Virus record (IMG/VR): IMGVR_UViG_3300035228_001078
Length of the DNA: 64,000 nucleotides
Direction: 5' to 3' (one strand)
DNA from: a virus
Under the pieces are notes generated by a model. That model had not been told where the DNA came from. It was given only the letters and a program-made list of their open reading frames with translations, and searched no databases. Below are positions 45,969 to 55,493 of the stretch, piece after piece. The translations under genes and the position numbers were made by a program. Positions within the stretch are counted from its first letter, which is position 1; every line of letters starts with the position of its first letter.

Positions 45969-47095
45969 GCAGCAGTGCCCCAGTATGGGGCAGTTGTTTG
46001 ATCGGTATTGTCTAGCCAGTTACGGAAGTTGGAAGCAATCCACTGACCATACTCATCATCCCCATCATCTTCATCATCAATGTGATTCAGAGCTTTGGAG
46101 TAGTTCAAATACTCAAAGAACCTGTCGTCATACTCGTGTGACCGTGCCATCTCCTTTGCTTTCTGCCAGAATATTGTATCATATTTTGACCCCGCAGCGT
46201 AGTGCCAGAGGATAAAATTCTGGATCTCCACAATCTCTTTATAATATTCCTCTACAGCATTCTCAAGATCATGACCTTCAAACAGGCACTGACCGACGCG
46301 ACCCGCCCAACGAACATACGATTCTGTCGATGTTGCTTCCATCGGTTCGATGAACATCAATCGATTGCCATTTAAGAATACTCTCTCATCATCTTGAATA
46401 GGATTCTTGGCGATGTAATTACTGAAACTGAATCTATCTCCAGGAGCAACACCAAACATTTGTTCCATGGTGGATGCCGCTTCTGCTTCATCAGTCAGCT
46501 CATTATTGTATAGGTAACCATAATTCATAGAGTTCTTGGCAGGAATACCAAAGCACCATCCATGTGGAGTCGCAATACAATCTGACCAGAGTTGCTGTGG
46601 TTTGACTGGACCAGATCCAAGCACGACAGAGTTCAGTGGATTCTTCAGGACATGATAGTCTGTGAAGTCTTCTGGTTTTCCTCTACAGTCAAATACAATA
46701 TCTGCATCTACCTGACTAGGGTCTGTGATATTTGCTTCAGTAAACTTACAAAAATTTCGTTGCATCATTAACTCTCTCAGCTTTGATGGAGAGTAATGCA
46801 ACGCTATGACATCCATAGGGAATGGATGAATAAACTTATCTACCTTTGTACCCCACCCATCATATAAAATACCTGTCTTAAATGTGGCATCGATAGGATT
46901 GTCATACCAATTAATATTTGTAGTCTCAGTCAACAGAGCTGCAAAAGTAACTAAAGATCCTTGTCCCACTTTTTCAATAGGGACATTAGGATCATAGTAG
47001 ATCTCTATCTCAGAGATTTGTTTATACCAGTTCCTCTTTAAAATTAAAGCGGTGGCCAATCCACCGTTGCCACCGCCAATGATTGCAATTTTCAT
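45965..47095 (-). CDS. flavin-dependent tryptophan-halogenase-like protein (short form)
   Basis: IIGGGNGG, VGQG, ATFKTGI...W, FDCRG, GWCFGIP, GN...FIEPMEAT, HY..GS.YDT.FW. Confidence 0.8.
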   Translation of the reverse strand: MKIAIIGGGNGGLATALILKRNWYKQISEIEIYYDPNVPIEKVGQGSLVTFAALLTETTNINWYDNPIDATFKTGILYDGWGTKVDKFIHPFPMDVIALHYSPSKLRELMMQRNFCKFTEANITDPSQVDADIVFDCRGKPEDFTDYHVLKNPLNSVVLGSGPVKPQQLWSDCIATPHGWCFGIPAKNSMNYGYLYNNELTDEAEAASTMEQMFGVAPGDRFSFSNYIAKNPIQDDERVFLNGNRLMFIEPMEATSTESYVRWAGRVGQCLFEGHDLENAVEEYYKEIVEIQNFILWHYAAGSKYDTIFWQKAKEMARSHEYDDRFFEYLNYSKALNHIDDEDDGDDEYGQWIASNFRNWLDNTDQTTAPYWGTAA

Positions 47096-47256
47096 TGCGT
47101 ATATTCTTGAAGAAGATCTAGAATTTTATCTAAAGAATAGTGAGCACCATCATGCCACTGACCAGGATGAGTAGAAGGATCCTCATCATAAAGTTCATTC
47201 TTTATCTTGTAGACTCTAACCAAGATATCGTTTTTAGTCACAGATCCATGAGGCAT
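47092..47256 (-). CDS. hypothetical protein, 54 aa (not in ORF track)
   Basis: MPHGSVTKNDILVRVYKIKNELY...WHDGAHYSLDKILDLLQEYTQ; ATGA overlap with the halogenase-like gene. Confidence 0.7.
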   Translation of the reverse strand: MPHGSVTKNDILVRVYKIKNELYDEDPSTHPGQWHDGAHYSLDKILDLLQEYTQ

Positions 47257-47259
47257 AAT

Positions 47260-47505
47260 TTACAATCCAGGAATAGACATGCCGCCAGGAGCAGCGCCAC
47301 CGACAACACCGCCAGTTGTTTTAGGAAGTTCGGGAATAGATCCGCTTAACATTCCAGGAAGAGCTTCTGTAATTGCAGTCGTGATTTGAGACTTTACATT
47401 TTCTGTAATCTCTGCACGACTCAAGTACACATAGGTTCCTCCACCAATGATACCAGCAGTACCTAAAAATGACAACACTGCCATTAGATTAATTACTTTT
47501 TGCAT
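47260..47505 (-). CDS. small membrane protein
   Basis: MQK.IN..AVLSF TM helix; PELPK.TG. Confidence 0.7.
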   Translation of the reverse strand: MQKVINLMAVLSFLGTAGIIGGGTYVYLSRAEITENVKSQITTAITEALPGMLSGSIPELPKTTGGVVGGAAPGGMSIPGL

Positions 47506-47522
47506 CGCGATATCGTGACAAT

Positions 47523-47553
47523 AAAAAAGGACACCCTATATAGGTGTCCCTTT
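47523..47553. terminator. intrinsic terminator (possibly bidirectional)
   Basis: AAAAA-GGACACC-CTATATA-GGTGTCC-CTTT. Confidence 0.65.
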
Positions 47554-47561
47554 ATCATGGT

Positions 47562-48119
47562 TCAATGTTCTTCTATCAAATCCTCACGAAGTAAACCAAA
47601 CTCATCACACAGATCTTTGTAGATCTCATCTGCTTTGGTTTCCTCGTAGGGATCATGTGGGGAATCATGCTTCTTGCCAGCTTCCGACCATTCTCTGATG
47701 ATGACTCCATCATCAATGTACATAGCGTACCGCCAAGATCTATTACCCATTCCTAGGTTAGTTTTCTTGACAAGCATACCGAGAGACTCTGCAAGCTCGC
47801 CATTCCCATCAGGGATCATCTCAATCTTTTTGATTTTCTCCTGTCTAGCCCATCCTTCTAACACATAATCATCATTGACTGATGTGCAATAGATTTTATC
47901 GATACCAATCGCTTTGAACTTGTCATAAAGCAGTTCATAATCAGGTAGCATTTGGTTTGTGCATGTTGGTGTAAATGCACCAGGCACGCCAATAAGAATT
48001 ACTTTCCTACCACCAAAATACCAAGAGGTTGATCTATGATCTGTCCTCTCATCTTCTGTTTCATCGTCTATAGAAGCTGCTCCTGATAGAATAAAATCAA
48101 TATCGTCAAGGCGTTCCAT
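47562..48119 (-). CDS. peroxiredoxin (Prx5/type II)
   Basis: PGAFTPTC, SVND.YV..W, PDGNG, RSWRYAM. Confidence 0.9.
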   Translation of the reverse strand: MERLDDIDFILSGAASIDDETEDERTDHRSTSWYFGGRKVILIGVPGAFTPTCTNQMLPDYELLYDKFKAIGIDKIYCTSVNDDYVLEGWARQEKIKKIEMIPDGNGELAESLGMLVKKTNLGMGNRSWRYAMYIDDGVIIREWSEAGKKHDSPHDPYEETKADEIYKDLCDEFGLLREDLIEEH

Positions 48120-48149
48120 ATGTTACCTAATTAATTGACTCTATTTATT

Positions 48150-48284
48150 TCAGGTTGAAGTGGCAGGAACCATCATGCCACCACCACCTTGATCGTCATC
48201 ATCCCCATCTATGTCTGCGAGGAGTAACATTAAAAAGAATGGGGTGAATATAAAAACAATAGTCTGGACCCATTCAATACTCAT
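48150..48284 (-). CDS. small membrane protein, 44 aa (not in ORF track)
   Basis: MSIEWVQTIVFIFTPFFLMLLLADIDGDDDDQGGGGMMVPATST; TAATG coupling to hli. Confidence 0.7.
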   Translation of the reverse strand: MSIEWVQTIVFIFTPFFLMLLLADIDGDDDDQGGGGMMVPATST

Positions 48285-48391
48285 TACCAAATACCTGGGA
48301 TGAGTTGTCCTGTAGTTGCATAGCTACCGATAGCAGCGATGACTCCGAGCATTGCTGCCCAACCGTTGATCCGTTCTGCGTTTTCGTTCAT
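48284..48391 (-). CDS. hli: high-light-inducible protein, 35 aa (not in ORF track)
   Basis: MNENAERINGWAAMLGVIAAIGSYATTGQLIPGIW; ExxNGxxAMLG and TGQIIPG-type motifs. Confidence 0.95.
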   Translation of the reverse strand: MNENAERINGWAAMLGVIAAIGSYATTGQLIPGIW

Positions 48392-48603
48392 CAGTTTTCT
48401 CCTAGTGTAAGATAGAATTTAGTTTGATCTGTTGGTGCGTTCTCGTAGATAGAACTGTCACCATATTCTTTGTGGTCTTTGTATCCAACCATACGACCTT
48501 TCGTATTTTGGATAGCTCCCATCATAGCAATGATCAGGAAGATTGCAGGTGGTCCAATAATAAGAGCACCGCCAATCACATAATAAGTAAGAAGTTCAAT
48601 CAT
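48391..48603 (-). CDS. small membrane protein
   Basis: TM helix; lies between the two hli genes. Confidence 0.65.
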   Translation of the reverse strand: MIELLTYYVIGGALIIGPPAIFLIIAMMGAIQNTKGRMVGYKDHKEYGDSSIYENAPTDQTKFYLTLGEN

Positions 48604-48821
48604 TAGAATCCGAATGCACCAAAAAAGAATACGCTACCACTGAAAGTATAAGAGATAACAGCAGCAACAAATCCAAGCATAGCAGTCCTTCCATTTAATT
48701 TCTCTGCTTTCTCTGCATATGTCTCGAAACCATAACGCTCTGCGTCTGTCTCAGAGATATACATTCTAGGCTCAGTGGCGTACATGTTTGTCCGTCCACC
48801 GTCTTCAGTTGTTACAGTCAT
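48603..48821 (-). CDS. hli: high-light-inducible protein with N-terminal extension
   Basis: AEKLNGRTAMLGF. Confidence 0.92.
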   Translation of the reverse strand: MTVTTEDGGRTNMYATEPRMYISETDAERYGFETYAEKAEKLNGRTAMLGFVAAVISYTFSGSVFFFGAFGF

Positions 48822-48877
48822 GTTACACTCCGTTATAAATCTTTACATATTATATAGGAAACATAAAGTTTTGTCAA
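48822..48877 (-). promoter_or_regulatory. sigma70 promoter of the hli operon with triple HLR1-like repeat
   Basis: TTGACA-N17-TATAAT (48877-48849); + strand GTTACACT/GTTATAAA/TTTACATA at 10-bp period (48822, 48832, 48842). Confidence 0.75.
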
Positions 48878-49083
48878 TAGTCCATGTTACCACCATAACG
48901 GATGCAGGTCTTTTTGTTTTCTGCTGATGACCTACACCACTTTCTCACATAGCTATCTGCATCCATATTCATTGTGAAGTGGGCATGGTTATGCAGTGCC
49001 CCTATCATTGCTATCGTCCCCAGCATCAGAAGGGAAGTCAGCGTTCCTGGATTCGTTATGAAAATTATAAAATATTTTTTCAT
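48874..49083 (-). CDS. small membrane protein
   Basis: MKKYF start chosen because the ORF-track upstream extension runs through a terminator. Confidence 0.6.
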   Translation of the reverse strand: MKKYFIIFITNPGTLTSLLMLGTIAMIGALHNHAHFTMNMDADSYVRKWCRSSAENKKTCIRYGGNMDY

Positions 49084-49111
49084 AAAAAAAGGGGGATGCC
49101 GTCGCACCCCC
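49084..49111 (-). terminator. intrinsic terminator after the porin-like gene
   Basis: GGGGGTGC-GACG-GCATCCCCC followed by TTTTTTT. Confidence 0.8.
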
Positions 49112-49149
49112 ATTATAACACCTAGATGTTTATGTGTTTATATGAACAA

Positions 49150-49521
49150 TCAGAAGTTGTACTTGACGCCCAACTTAGCTCCATATCCACGGTCAAGATC
49201 TTCGTCACCAGAACCGATAAACGATACTTCACCATATGCGCCCAGGGCATCGGTAACAGCGAACCCAAGACCAGCTTTACCGGAGGGAACTGTATCGCTC
49301 TCGCCACTGTCAGGGGAGACTACACTAGCGCCGCCTTGTACATAGTACGAAGCAGACTCACCAAGTGCGCCTTCAAATCCTACATGAAGATCTGTCGTGG
49401 TCGAATTGTAGTCGGATCCAGTCCAACCAGAATTAGCCTCGACATTGACATAGGGTCCTGCAAAAGCAGCGCCAGCAGAAGCGAAAAGAGCAGCGGAAGC
49501 TGCGAATACAGATTTAAACAT
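49150..49521 (-). CDS. small outer-membrane beta-barrel (porin-like) protein
   Basis: signal peptide ..AGAAFA; alternating strands; C-terminal GVKYNF BAM signal. Confidence 0.8.
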   Translation of the reverse strand: MFKSVFAASAALFASAGAAFAGPYVNVEANSGWTGSDYNSTTTDLHVGFEGALGESASYYVQGGASVVSPDSGESDTVPSGKAGLGFAVTDALGAYGEVSFIGSGDEDLDRGYGAKLGVKYNF

Positions 49522-49623
49522 TTAAAAATACCTTTAGTTACTTGCGGAATGGTTACCCGCAGATGAATAGAGACATCGACTTGTCTCGTTTTAAATATGA
49601 ACTGTCACATGTGACAGTTGTAA

Positions 49624-49631
49624 TATTTATA
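49624..49631 (-). promoter_or_regulatory. T4 late promoter TATAAATA
   Basis: exact consensus upstream of the porin leader. Confidence 0.75.
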
Positions 49632-49635
49632 CATG

Positions 49636-50433
49636 TTACTTACCCTCAAACCCAGGAGGAAGTCTGCCTAGGTATGGATTGAGATCGAAATAGGGTGTCC
49701 AATCCTCAACCATATTAGCATCATTCTTCCAAAAATTCCAGAGGGCATCATGACAATTTCTGTGATAGACATCAACATGGATGTCATGGATGTCTGACCC
49801 AAGTGCAATCTTATACATGAAGATAGGAAAGACGAAGGTCAGCCCGCTATTATAGATGAGATCATCTGCAACTGCACGGGGTTTGATTCTACTATCCAAC
49901 TTGTACTTGCCCTTCTTTGTGTAAAGGGATAGTAACTTCTCAGCATACCTACGATTAATAATGTAAGCAGCTGTAGAGAAATCGTTGATGAACCTGTAAT
50001 GCATTTGCAGAACAGGGACAGCAGGATTGATGATTGCGATCTGGATACAGTCCCATGCAGCAGGAGCATGACGGAACCAGTCTTTCCAAGAGAAGGGCCA
50101 GTGCTTGACCACTTCTAGATCGCAATCATCTTCCATCATTATAGCATACTCATCGTCGGAATTGTCCAACCAGTATTGGATCCCCTTAAGATGTGATGTG
50201 ACACAACCGATCTCACCAGACGACATGTTATCTGGATACTTACCAACGATGATGTCACTAAGATCATCATCTCTACCATCATAAGCAGAGATCCTAGTAT
50301 TTTCTACTTCCCAATAAGCAAACTGTTCCTCCATGAACTGCTTGCGATCAGTCTTAGAATCAAGATTGATCCAGTAGATATGTGGAATGTCCTTTAGCTT
50401 GTGTGCTGATTTATTTTTGTCCATGTCTGGCAA
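49636..50433 (-). CDS. glycosyltransferase family 25-like
   Basis: YWINLD...DR, RISAYDG, EIGC..SH, IMMEDD, AY.IN. Confidence 0.85.
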   Translation of the reverse strand: MPDMDKNKSAHKLKDIPHIYWINLDSKTDRKQFMEEQFAYWEVENTRISAYDGRDDDLSDIIVGKYPDNMSSGEIGCVTSHLKGIQYWLDNSDDEYAIMMEDDCDLEVVKHWPFSWKDWFRHAPAAWDCIQIAIINPAVPVLQMHYRFINDFSTAAYIINRRYAEKLLSLYTKKGKYKLDSRIKPRAVADDLIYNSGLTFVFPIFMYKIALGSDIHDIHVDVYHRNCHDALWNFWKNDANMVEDWTPYFDLNPYLGRLPPGFEGK

Positions 50434-51364
50434 TCACCTCTTCCACATTAGGTAAGTAGTATTTTTGTAGAACATTCTTCCAATCAAATTGCTGAGAGTA
50501 TTCAATAATCTCTTCTCTATGAGCAATAGAATACTCTCTGTTCTTAATAATCTGATATTCGACATATTCTATATCATCAATCTTAGATTCAGGGATCACC
50601 GTGATAAAATCAAGACCAGTGTCTAGATTAGCAGTAGCAAACTCGCTCACAACGACCCCCAGACCAGCAGCAAATGCCTCCATAATGACCAGAGAGTGTG
50701 CCTCACCATCCGAAAGGAGCACAAGGTTACCATAGTCCGTTAGATAGTCATGTAGGTACTCCTTCTTCCATTCACCAAGATAGTTATGATTCTCATTGAA
50801 TCTCTTGTCTGCTATGTTACCAGCAAAGAAGAGACTATCTATGGACTGGAACTTATGTTGACGCTTTCTATAATCAATCTTTGCCAAGTAGATACTGCGG
50901 TCAGGGAACTCAGGTTCCATTGACTTCCTGAACAAGCTTAGATCAACACCATTAGGATTGACCCACAGTTTTTCAGTAGGGATATCGGCTAAGATATGAT
51001 AGACCTTTTTGATTCCTTCGGATAGGCAGAATGTATTTGGTCTAGTCTGTTGGAAGTGACCAAAGATCTGCCCATACCCATTCATTTTGTCCGGGCGTTC
51101 GATGTAGGCAAAGTGGGTGGTACATGCACAAGGATATTGCACAAAAGGATAGAGAATAATCCAGTCGTCATAATGAATATGCACGAAATCTGGACGAAAC
51201 GAATTGATTCTCTTGAGGATTTCTCTAGGATCCCCAATGTTGATAATGTCCACTTCATGACCAAGCTCCTCAAGGGTTACTTTATAGTCCCAAATGAGAC
51301 TTTCTACAGCACCCCATCCTCTAGGAGGGATAGGCGTGTTAGGTCCTACAATTGAAAACTTCAT
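50411..51364 (-). CDS. GT-B glycosyltransferase (GT4-like)
   Basis: IPP.GWGAVE, PNGVD, EAH.LV..EA.AAGL.VV. Confidence 0.85.
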   Translation of the reverse strand: MKFSIVGPNTPIPPRGWGAVESLIWDYKVTLEELGHEVDIINIGDPREILKRINSFRPDFVHIHYDDWIILYPFVQYPCACTTHFAYIERPDKMNGYGQIFGHFQQTRPNTFCLSEGIKKVYHILADIPTEKLWVNPNGVDLSLFRKSMEPEFPDRSIYLAKIDYRKRQHKFQSIDSLFFAGNIADKRFNENHNYLGEWKKEYLHDYLTDYGNLVLLSDGEAHSLVIMEAFAAGLGVVVSEFATANLDTGLDFITVIPESKIDDIEYVEYQIIKNREYSIAHREEIIEYSQQFDWKNVLQKYYLPNVEEVIARHGQK

Positions 51365-52323
51365 AGCAATGATTCTAATTTAGGAATGTATTCATAAGCA
51401 AGAATGTTTTCAAGACCGAATTCACGAATACCGTATTCTCTAATCTCTTTTCTATGTTGCTTAGAAACTTTTTTATTGTTCTCAATAACATCAAGAACAT
51501 ATTCCAAGTTATTTATTTTGCTCTCAGGAATGACATCGATCCATGGTTTACTGGTGTCAAGTTCTGGAGCAACAGATTCAGAACAAACAACACCAAGACC
51601 ACAGATTAATCCCTCTTTGATAACAAGGGGTGTGGTATTCTCAACCTCACTCATTAGAGCAATGTTTGAGTAGCAAGTAATAAACTCATTGAGTTTTTCT
51701 CTAATGACCTCGCCTTTATAATTTGGATTGTTCTTTGCAAACTTACCACCAAATTCCATACGACCCATGAAGTCAACAGTATCGATATCTTCTAGAAGAT
51801 ATTGACGCTTACGATCTACAATCTGAGAGAAGCATAGGGTTCTATCAAGACTTGCAAATTCATCAAACTTATATGGATAAGGACGGACACCAAGTTTGCT
51901 CAACCAAACACGGTTAGGATTAGCTCCGAGATCTGTCCAAGTATCGATATCTTTCTGCGAAGAGCAGAAGATATGAAAGTTTCTATTAGCAGCATACCTC
52001 TCGGCTACAAGTCCATAACCATCTCTACCCCACATATGAGGAGTATTGACATATGGATAGTGACTAGAGACAATCAATGCCTTACACAAAGGAACTAAGT
52101 CATTAATAATATCATGGAAGACATCGTAATGTAGGTGAACTACATCATACTTACCATGCTCTACTTCAAATTTAATTAGTTCTCTATCTGGAGTATTGAT
52201 AATCTCCACACGATGCCCAAGTTCTCTAAGAATTACAGTGTAATCCCAGATCAGCATTTCAACAGCACCCCACCCATCAGGTGGGATTTCCATAATACCA
52301 GGACCAATTAATGCAATCTTCAT
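51361..52323 (-). CDS. GT-B glycosyltransferase (GT4-like), paralogue of 50411-51364
   Basis: IPPDGWGAVE, D.VH.HYD, PLVIKEGL..GLGVV.SE. Confidence 0.85.
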   Translation of the reverse strand: MKIALIGPGIMEIPPDGWGAVEMLIWDYTVILRELGHRVEIINTPDRELIKFEVEHGKYDVVHLHYDVFHDIINDLVPLCKALIVSSHYPYVNTPHMWGRDGYGLVAERYAANRNFHIFCSSQKDIDTWTDLGANPNRVWLSKLGVRPYPYKFDEFASLDRTLCFSQIVDRKRQYLLEDIDTVDFMGRMEFGGKFAKNNPNYKGEVIREKLNEFITCYSNIALMSEVENTTPLVIKEGLICGLGVVCSESVAPELDTSKPWIDVIPESKINNLEYVLDVIENNKKVSKQHRKEIREYGIREFGLENILAYEYIPKLESLL

Positions 52324-53156
52324 TTGTAATCCTCCCAGTACATATCTCTCTTAATTTCGTTGATGAATCCAGGACTATGAGAAGCAAGAGATTCTACATT
52401 CTGACAAGAAGAATGGAACAAGAATACTTTCTTCCAATCATCTTCCTGAGGATTCTTACCGTACCATATACCATCATCTAACTTAAGGTCTTGCTGGTCT
52501 GCTGCAGCGCAGTGATTGAATGCACCGTTGGTAAATTTATACCCACCAATCTCATTCAGTGCTAAACACAATACAAACTCATCAGTAACTCCGTTATGCA
52601 GCCCGCCATCACTAAAGATGTCATTATAAATTTCAGCACAACGCTCAAAGATTGCATCGTGCTTATCTTTCTGAAAGAGAAATGCTCCTGATGCGGCATA
52701 CTTATAGGTAGACAGTTCTTCAGGAAGATACTCTCTCAATCCACTATGATCTACTTCAACATTTCTCATGTAGTCTGCAAGAGTAGGAACCCACCAGTGA
52801 CGGGCGATTAAAAAATCATCCTCAGCTTCTTTAATCAGTTCATCTACACGATCGTGAATGACCACAGTGTCTGTGTCAAGATAGATGCAATGATCAGTTT
52901 CTACATGCTTATAAAGATTAAACCTCTCCTTCCAGATGTGTGGTTGGAACCAGTTACGATCATCCTTATTTTCTACCTTCTCTCCTGCACCACTGACAAT
53001 CTTTACTTTGGGATCATCAATTTCTAGACGATCATCCATATCCAAGATAAGAATCTCATGTGATTGACCAATCCTTTCTAGAGACTCACATGCTCTCATT
53101 AAATTTTTATAATAACTATCGTCTCCGCCGACGATGAAACCAAAACTAAGAGTCAT
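52320..53156 (-). CDS. GT-A glycosyltransferase (GT8-like)
   Basis: IYLDTDTVV DxD motif, SG.FLF, TDE. Confidence 0.7.
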   Translation of the reverse strand: MTLSFGFIVGGDDSYYKNLMRACESLERIGQSHEILILDMDDRLEIDDPKVKIVSGAGEKVENKDDRNWFQPHIWKERFNLYKHVETDHCIYLDTDTVVIHDRVDELIKEAEDDFLIARHWWVPTLADYMRNVEVDHSGLREYLPEELSTYKYAASGAFLFQKDKHDAIFERCAEIYNDIFSDGGLHNGVTDEFVLCLALNEIGGYKFTNGAFNHCAAADQQDLKLDDGIWYGKNPQEDDWKKVFLFHSSCQNVESLASHSPGFINEIKRDMYWEDYK

Positions 53157-54085
53157 AATAATCTAAGCAATCCATTGATACGATTAACATATGTATGATG
53201 ATCTTTTGTATGCATCATTTGTCTACGAATAAGATCTTTATTATCCTTATTCTGCAAACCAAGTTCAAAAAGATCACCGATACCTTCAGCACAGAGAACT
53301 TCTGGTCCTGCAAACTTAGCAAGTTTAGGTGAGTTAGTCAAACCTAAGTGACCATAACTCATCGACTTGAACACTCTACAAGTTTTAGTTCCCCAGCGTT
53401 TATGGGTATCATTTCTAAGATCTGGATTAAGAAACGACTTCTGCATAAGATCTCTCATGACAGAACCATCAAGAGGATTAGTCCAGGGGTTTGACCATCC
53501 AGTCTTCACATTAATTTTAGCACACAATGCACCAAATTCTTTGATTAGATGTTCATTTTTGAAGCGACCATCTCCAGAGATACTACCAATAAAATACCAT
53601 ACATCTTCCCTTGGAATATCTACCCACTCTTCATCAAATTCTTCAGGCATAAGATCAGTTGCCCATGCAATGTAGGCAATCTCATATCCCTTATCTCTAG
53701 ATGACAAACGATCAACACATACACCTGTGTCTAGCTCTTCAAAATCATTCAGGTCATGGTGGAACTCGTAGTTATCCTTGTCCATGCTATCCTGATGATA
53801 GCGCATGTCAATTAGTTTTTTACATTTGCCGAGATACTTTTCTGGATTAACACAGACATGCACATAATATACACAACTTGCCAAGACAGGAAGGTTCTTA
53901 TCGGCGTAACCCTCGGTAAAGAATACGCAGTCTTCATAATTAAAGTCTGCGTGATTAGGATACTCATCATCATGGAACCAGTGAACCTCATGTCCCGCTC
54001 TTTCTAGAGCTTTCTTGAAGCCTTCGTGTACATATGAGTATGTATCAGAATGAAGTGGGTATCCCCAGAGAACACATTTCATCAA
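53153..54085 (-). CDS. glycosyltransferase-like protein
   Basis: CRVFK.MSYG...TNS and HTYVNR C-terminal GT-B-like motifs. Confidence 0.65.
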   Translation of the reverse strand: MMKCVLWGYPLHSDTYSYVHEGFKKALERAGHEVHWFHDDEYPNHADFNYEDCVFFTEGYADKNLPVLASCVYYVHVCVNPEKYLGKCKKLIDMRYHQDSMDKDNYEFHHDLNDFEELDTGVCVDRLSSRDKGYEIAYIAWATDLMPEEFDEEWVDIPREDVWYFIGSISGDGRFKNEHLIKEFGALCAKINVKTGWSNPWTNPLDGSVMRDLMQKSFLNPDLRNDTHKRWGTKTCRVFKSMSYGHLGLTNSPKLAKFAGPEVLCAEGIGDLFELGLQNKDNKDLIRRQMMHTKDHHTYVNRINGLLRLL

Positions 54086-54783
54086 ACCCTCCCGAGCATG
54101 TAGTCTTCTGCTTTCTTAGTTTCACCAGTCACACATTTCATAGTATCAATAGTATGTGAAGGAACAAGATCGGGATGAGCCCACCAGTCTTCAAAGGGAT
54201 GATCCTCATCAACAGAGATATTATCTGCAATCAATGTGTAGCCATGTGCCTGAAGATACTCACGAGAAGCATCTCTAACATCAGTACCGTCATTATACGC
54301 ATCATGCTCAAATGTAATAGTAGCGAACTTATACTTCTCTAAATTAATTTTTTTCAGTGCTTCAAAGGTAACCTCAGCAGGTTCACAATCTACCTGCAAG
54401 TAGTCAAAGTTAGGACCGAGACCAACCTCTTCAAACAAAGCATCGAAGTCTGCAGTTGTAGCATCACCCACAGCAACCTTAGCTTTACGATGTTTGTTAT
54501 ATAATTCAGCTTCGGTTTCTTTAATTTCAAACCCAATACCCTCCCACTCATAGCGAGACTCAAGCAAAGCAGTATTGTTAGAGATCACAGGATGTCCTGA
54601 TCCAATCTCTACAAAGGTTCCCTTAGGACGACCATCGGTCATACACAGGACAAACATATCCTGATAGCACTGAGAGAAGTTCTGGTGACTTACCAGTTCC
54701 AATCCGGGGAATTTATAACGAAGTTCATCTGCCTTCTCTTTAGTAAAGAAGGTTGGCATTTGCCATGCATTAGGGTCGGTCAT
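54082..54783 (-). CDS. FkbM-like SAM methyltransferase
   Basis: SQ..QD.FV, GTFVEIG, NNT..LE...W.G, DYLQVD.E, ITFEH. Confidence 0.8.
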   Translation of the reverse strand: MTDPNAWQMPTFFTKEKADELRYKFPGLELVSHQNFSQCYQDMFVLCMTDGRPKGTFVEIGSGHPVISNNTALLESRYEWEGIGFEIKETEAELYNKHRKAKVAVGDATTADFDALFEEVGLGPNFDYLQVDCEPAEVTFEALKKINLEKYKFATITFEHDAYNDGTDVRDASREYLQAHGYTLIADNISVDEDHPFEDWWAHPDLVPSHTIDTMKCVTGETKKAEDYMLGRV

Positions 54784-55493
54784 ACTTGATAAGATGAGTT
54801 ATCTTTGGATAGGTGGATGATTTTTCTTTTGTATGGATAGTTAGGATAGCATTCTGGGAATGCATAGTCTGGTGGGGCAGCAAACACCCTATCGTTATGT
54901 TCAATAAAGAATCTATTGAGATGACTTTCATCATGCCATAGAGCAATTATATCATTACTATAATCTTTGTCAACTCTATCTCTCAAGAGTTTCATCATAG
55001 GAATGACTGCTTCCATTTTACCTCCCCATAGGCATCCTTGATAGTATTGAAGGGGTTGTCCTTTTACATAAGCCTCAGATTTGGGATTAGTTTCAAAGGT
55101 TCCTGTACCAGTCATGTAATGACATGGATGATGAACAGCAACAAAGTCCCTATCATCATCAAGAAGTTCTTCAGAGTAAACTACGGAGTCAACTCTCATA
55201 TCAGCATCTAGGAAAAGTAACCAATCATGCTGCTTTAAAAGTTCTTCTGCCTGTAGGATCGTATGAAAGCGTTCCAATGTAATTGCAGGCCATTCCTTAT
55301 GACTGATTTGAACATGAGTAATGTTCTCAGGTAGTTCTCCCTCAAGTTCTCCATCGGTAAAGACATAATATTGTTTCCTCAGATCAGGAAAGAGGAATTC
55401 TTCACAAGTCTCATAATATTTCGGAAAGAAATCTAGATACTTATTAGTTCCAATGAATATGATTGCAGCACTTAAGCTCATACAATTTCCCAA
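54780..55493 (-). CDS. glycosyltransferase family 6 (ABO-like)
   Basis: KYL.FF, YYVFTD, WP..TL.RF, FLDAD, YYQG.LWGG, WHDESHLN. Confidence 0.9.
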   Translation of the reverse strand: MGNCMSLSAAIIFIGTNKYLDFFPKYYETCEEFLFPDLRKQYYVFTDGELEGELPENITHVQISHKEWPAITLERFHTILQAEELLKQHDWLLFLDADMRVDSVVYSEELLDDDRDFVAVHHPCHYMTGTGTFETNPKSEAYVKGQPLQYYQGCLWGGKMEAVIPMMKLLRDRVDKDYSNDIIALWHDESHLNRFFIEHNDRVFAAPPDYAFPECYPNYPYKRKIIHLSKDNSSYQV

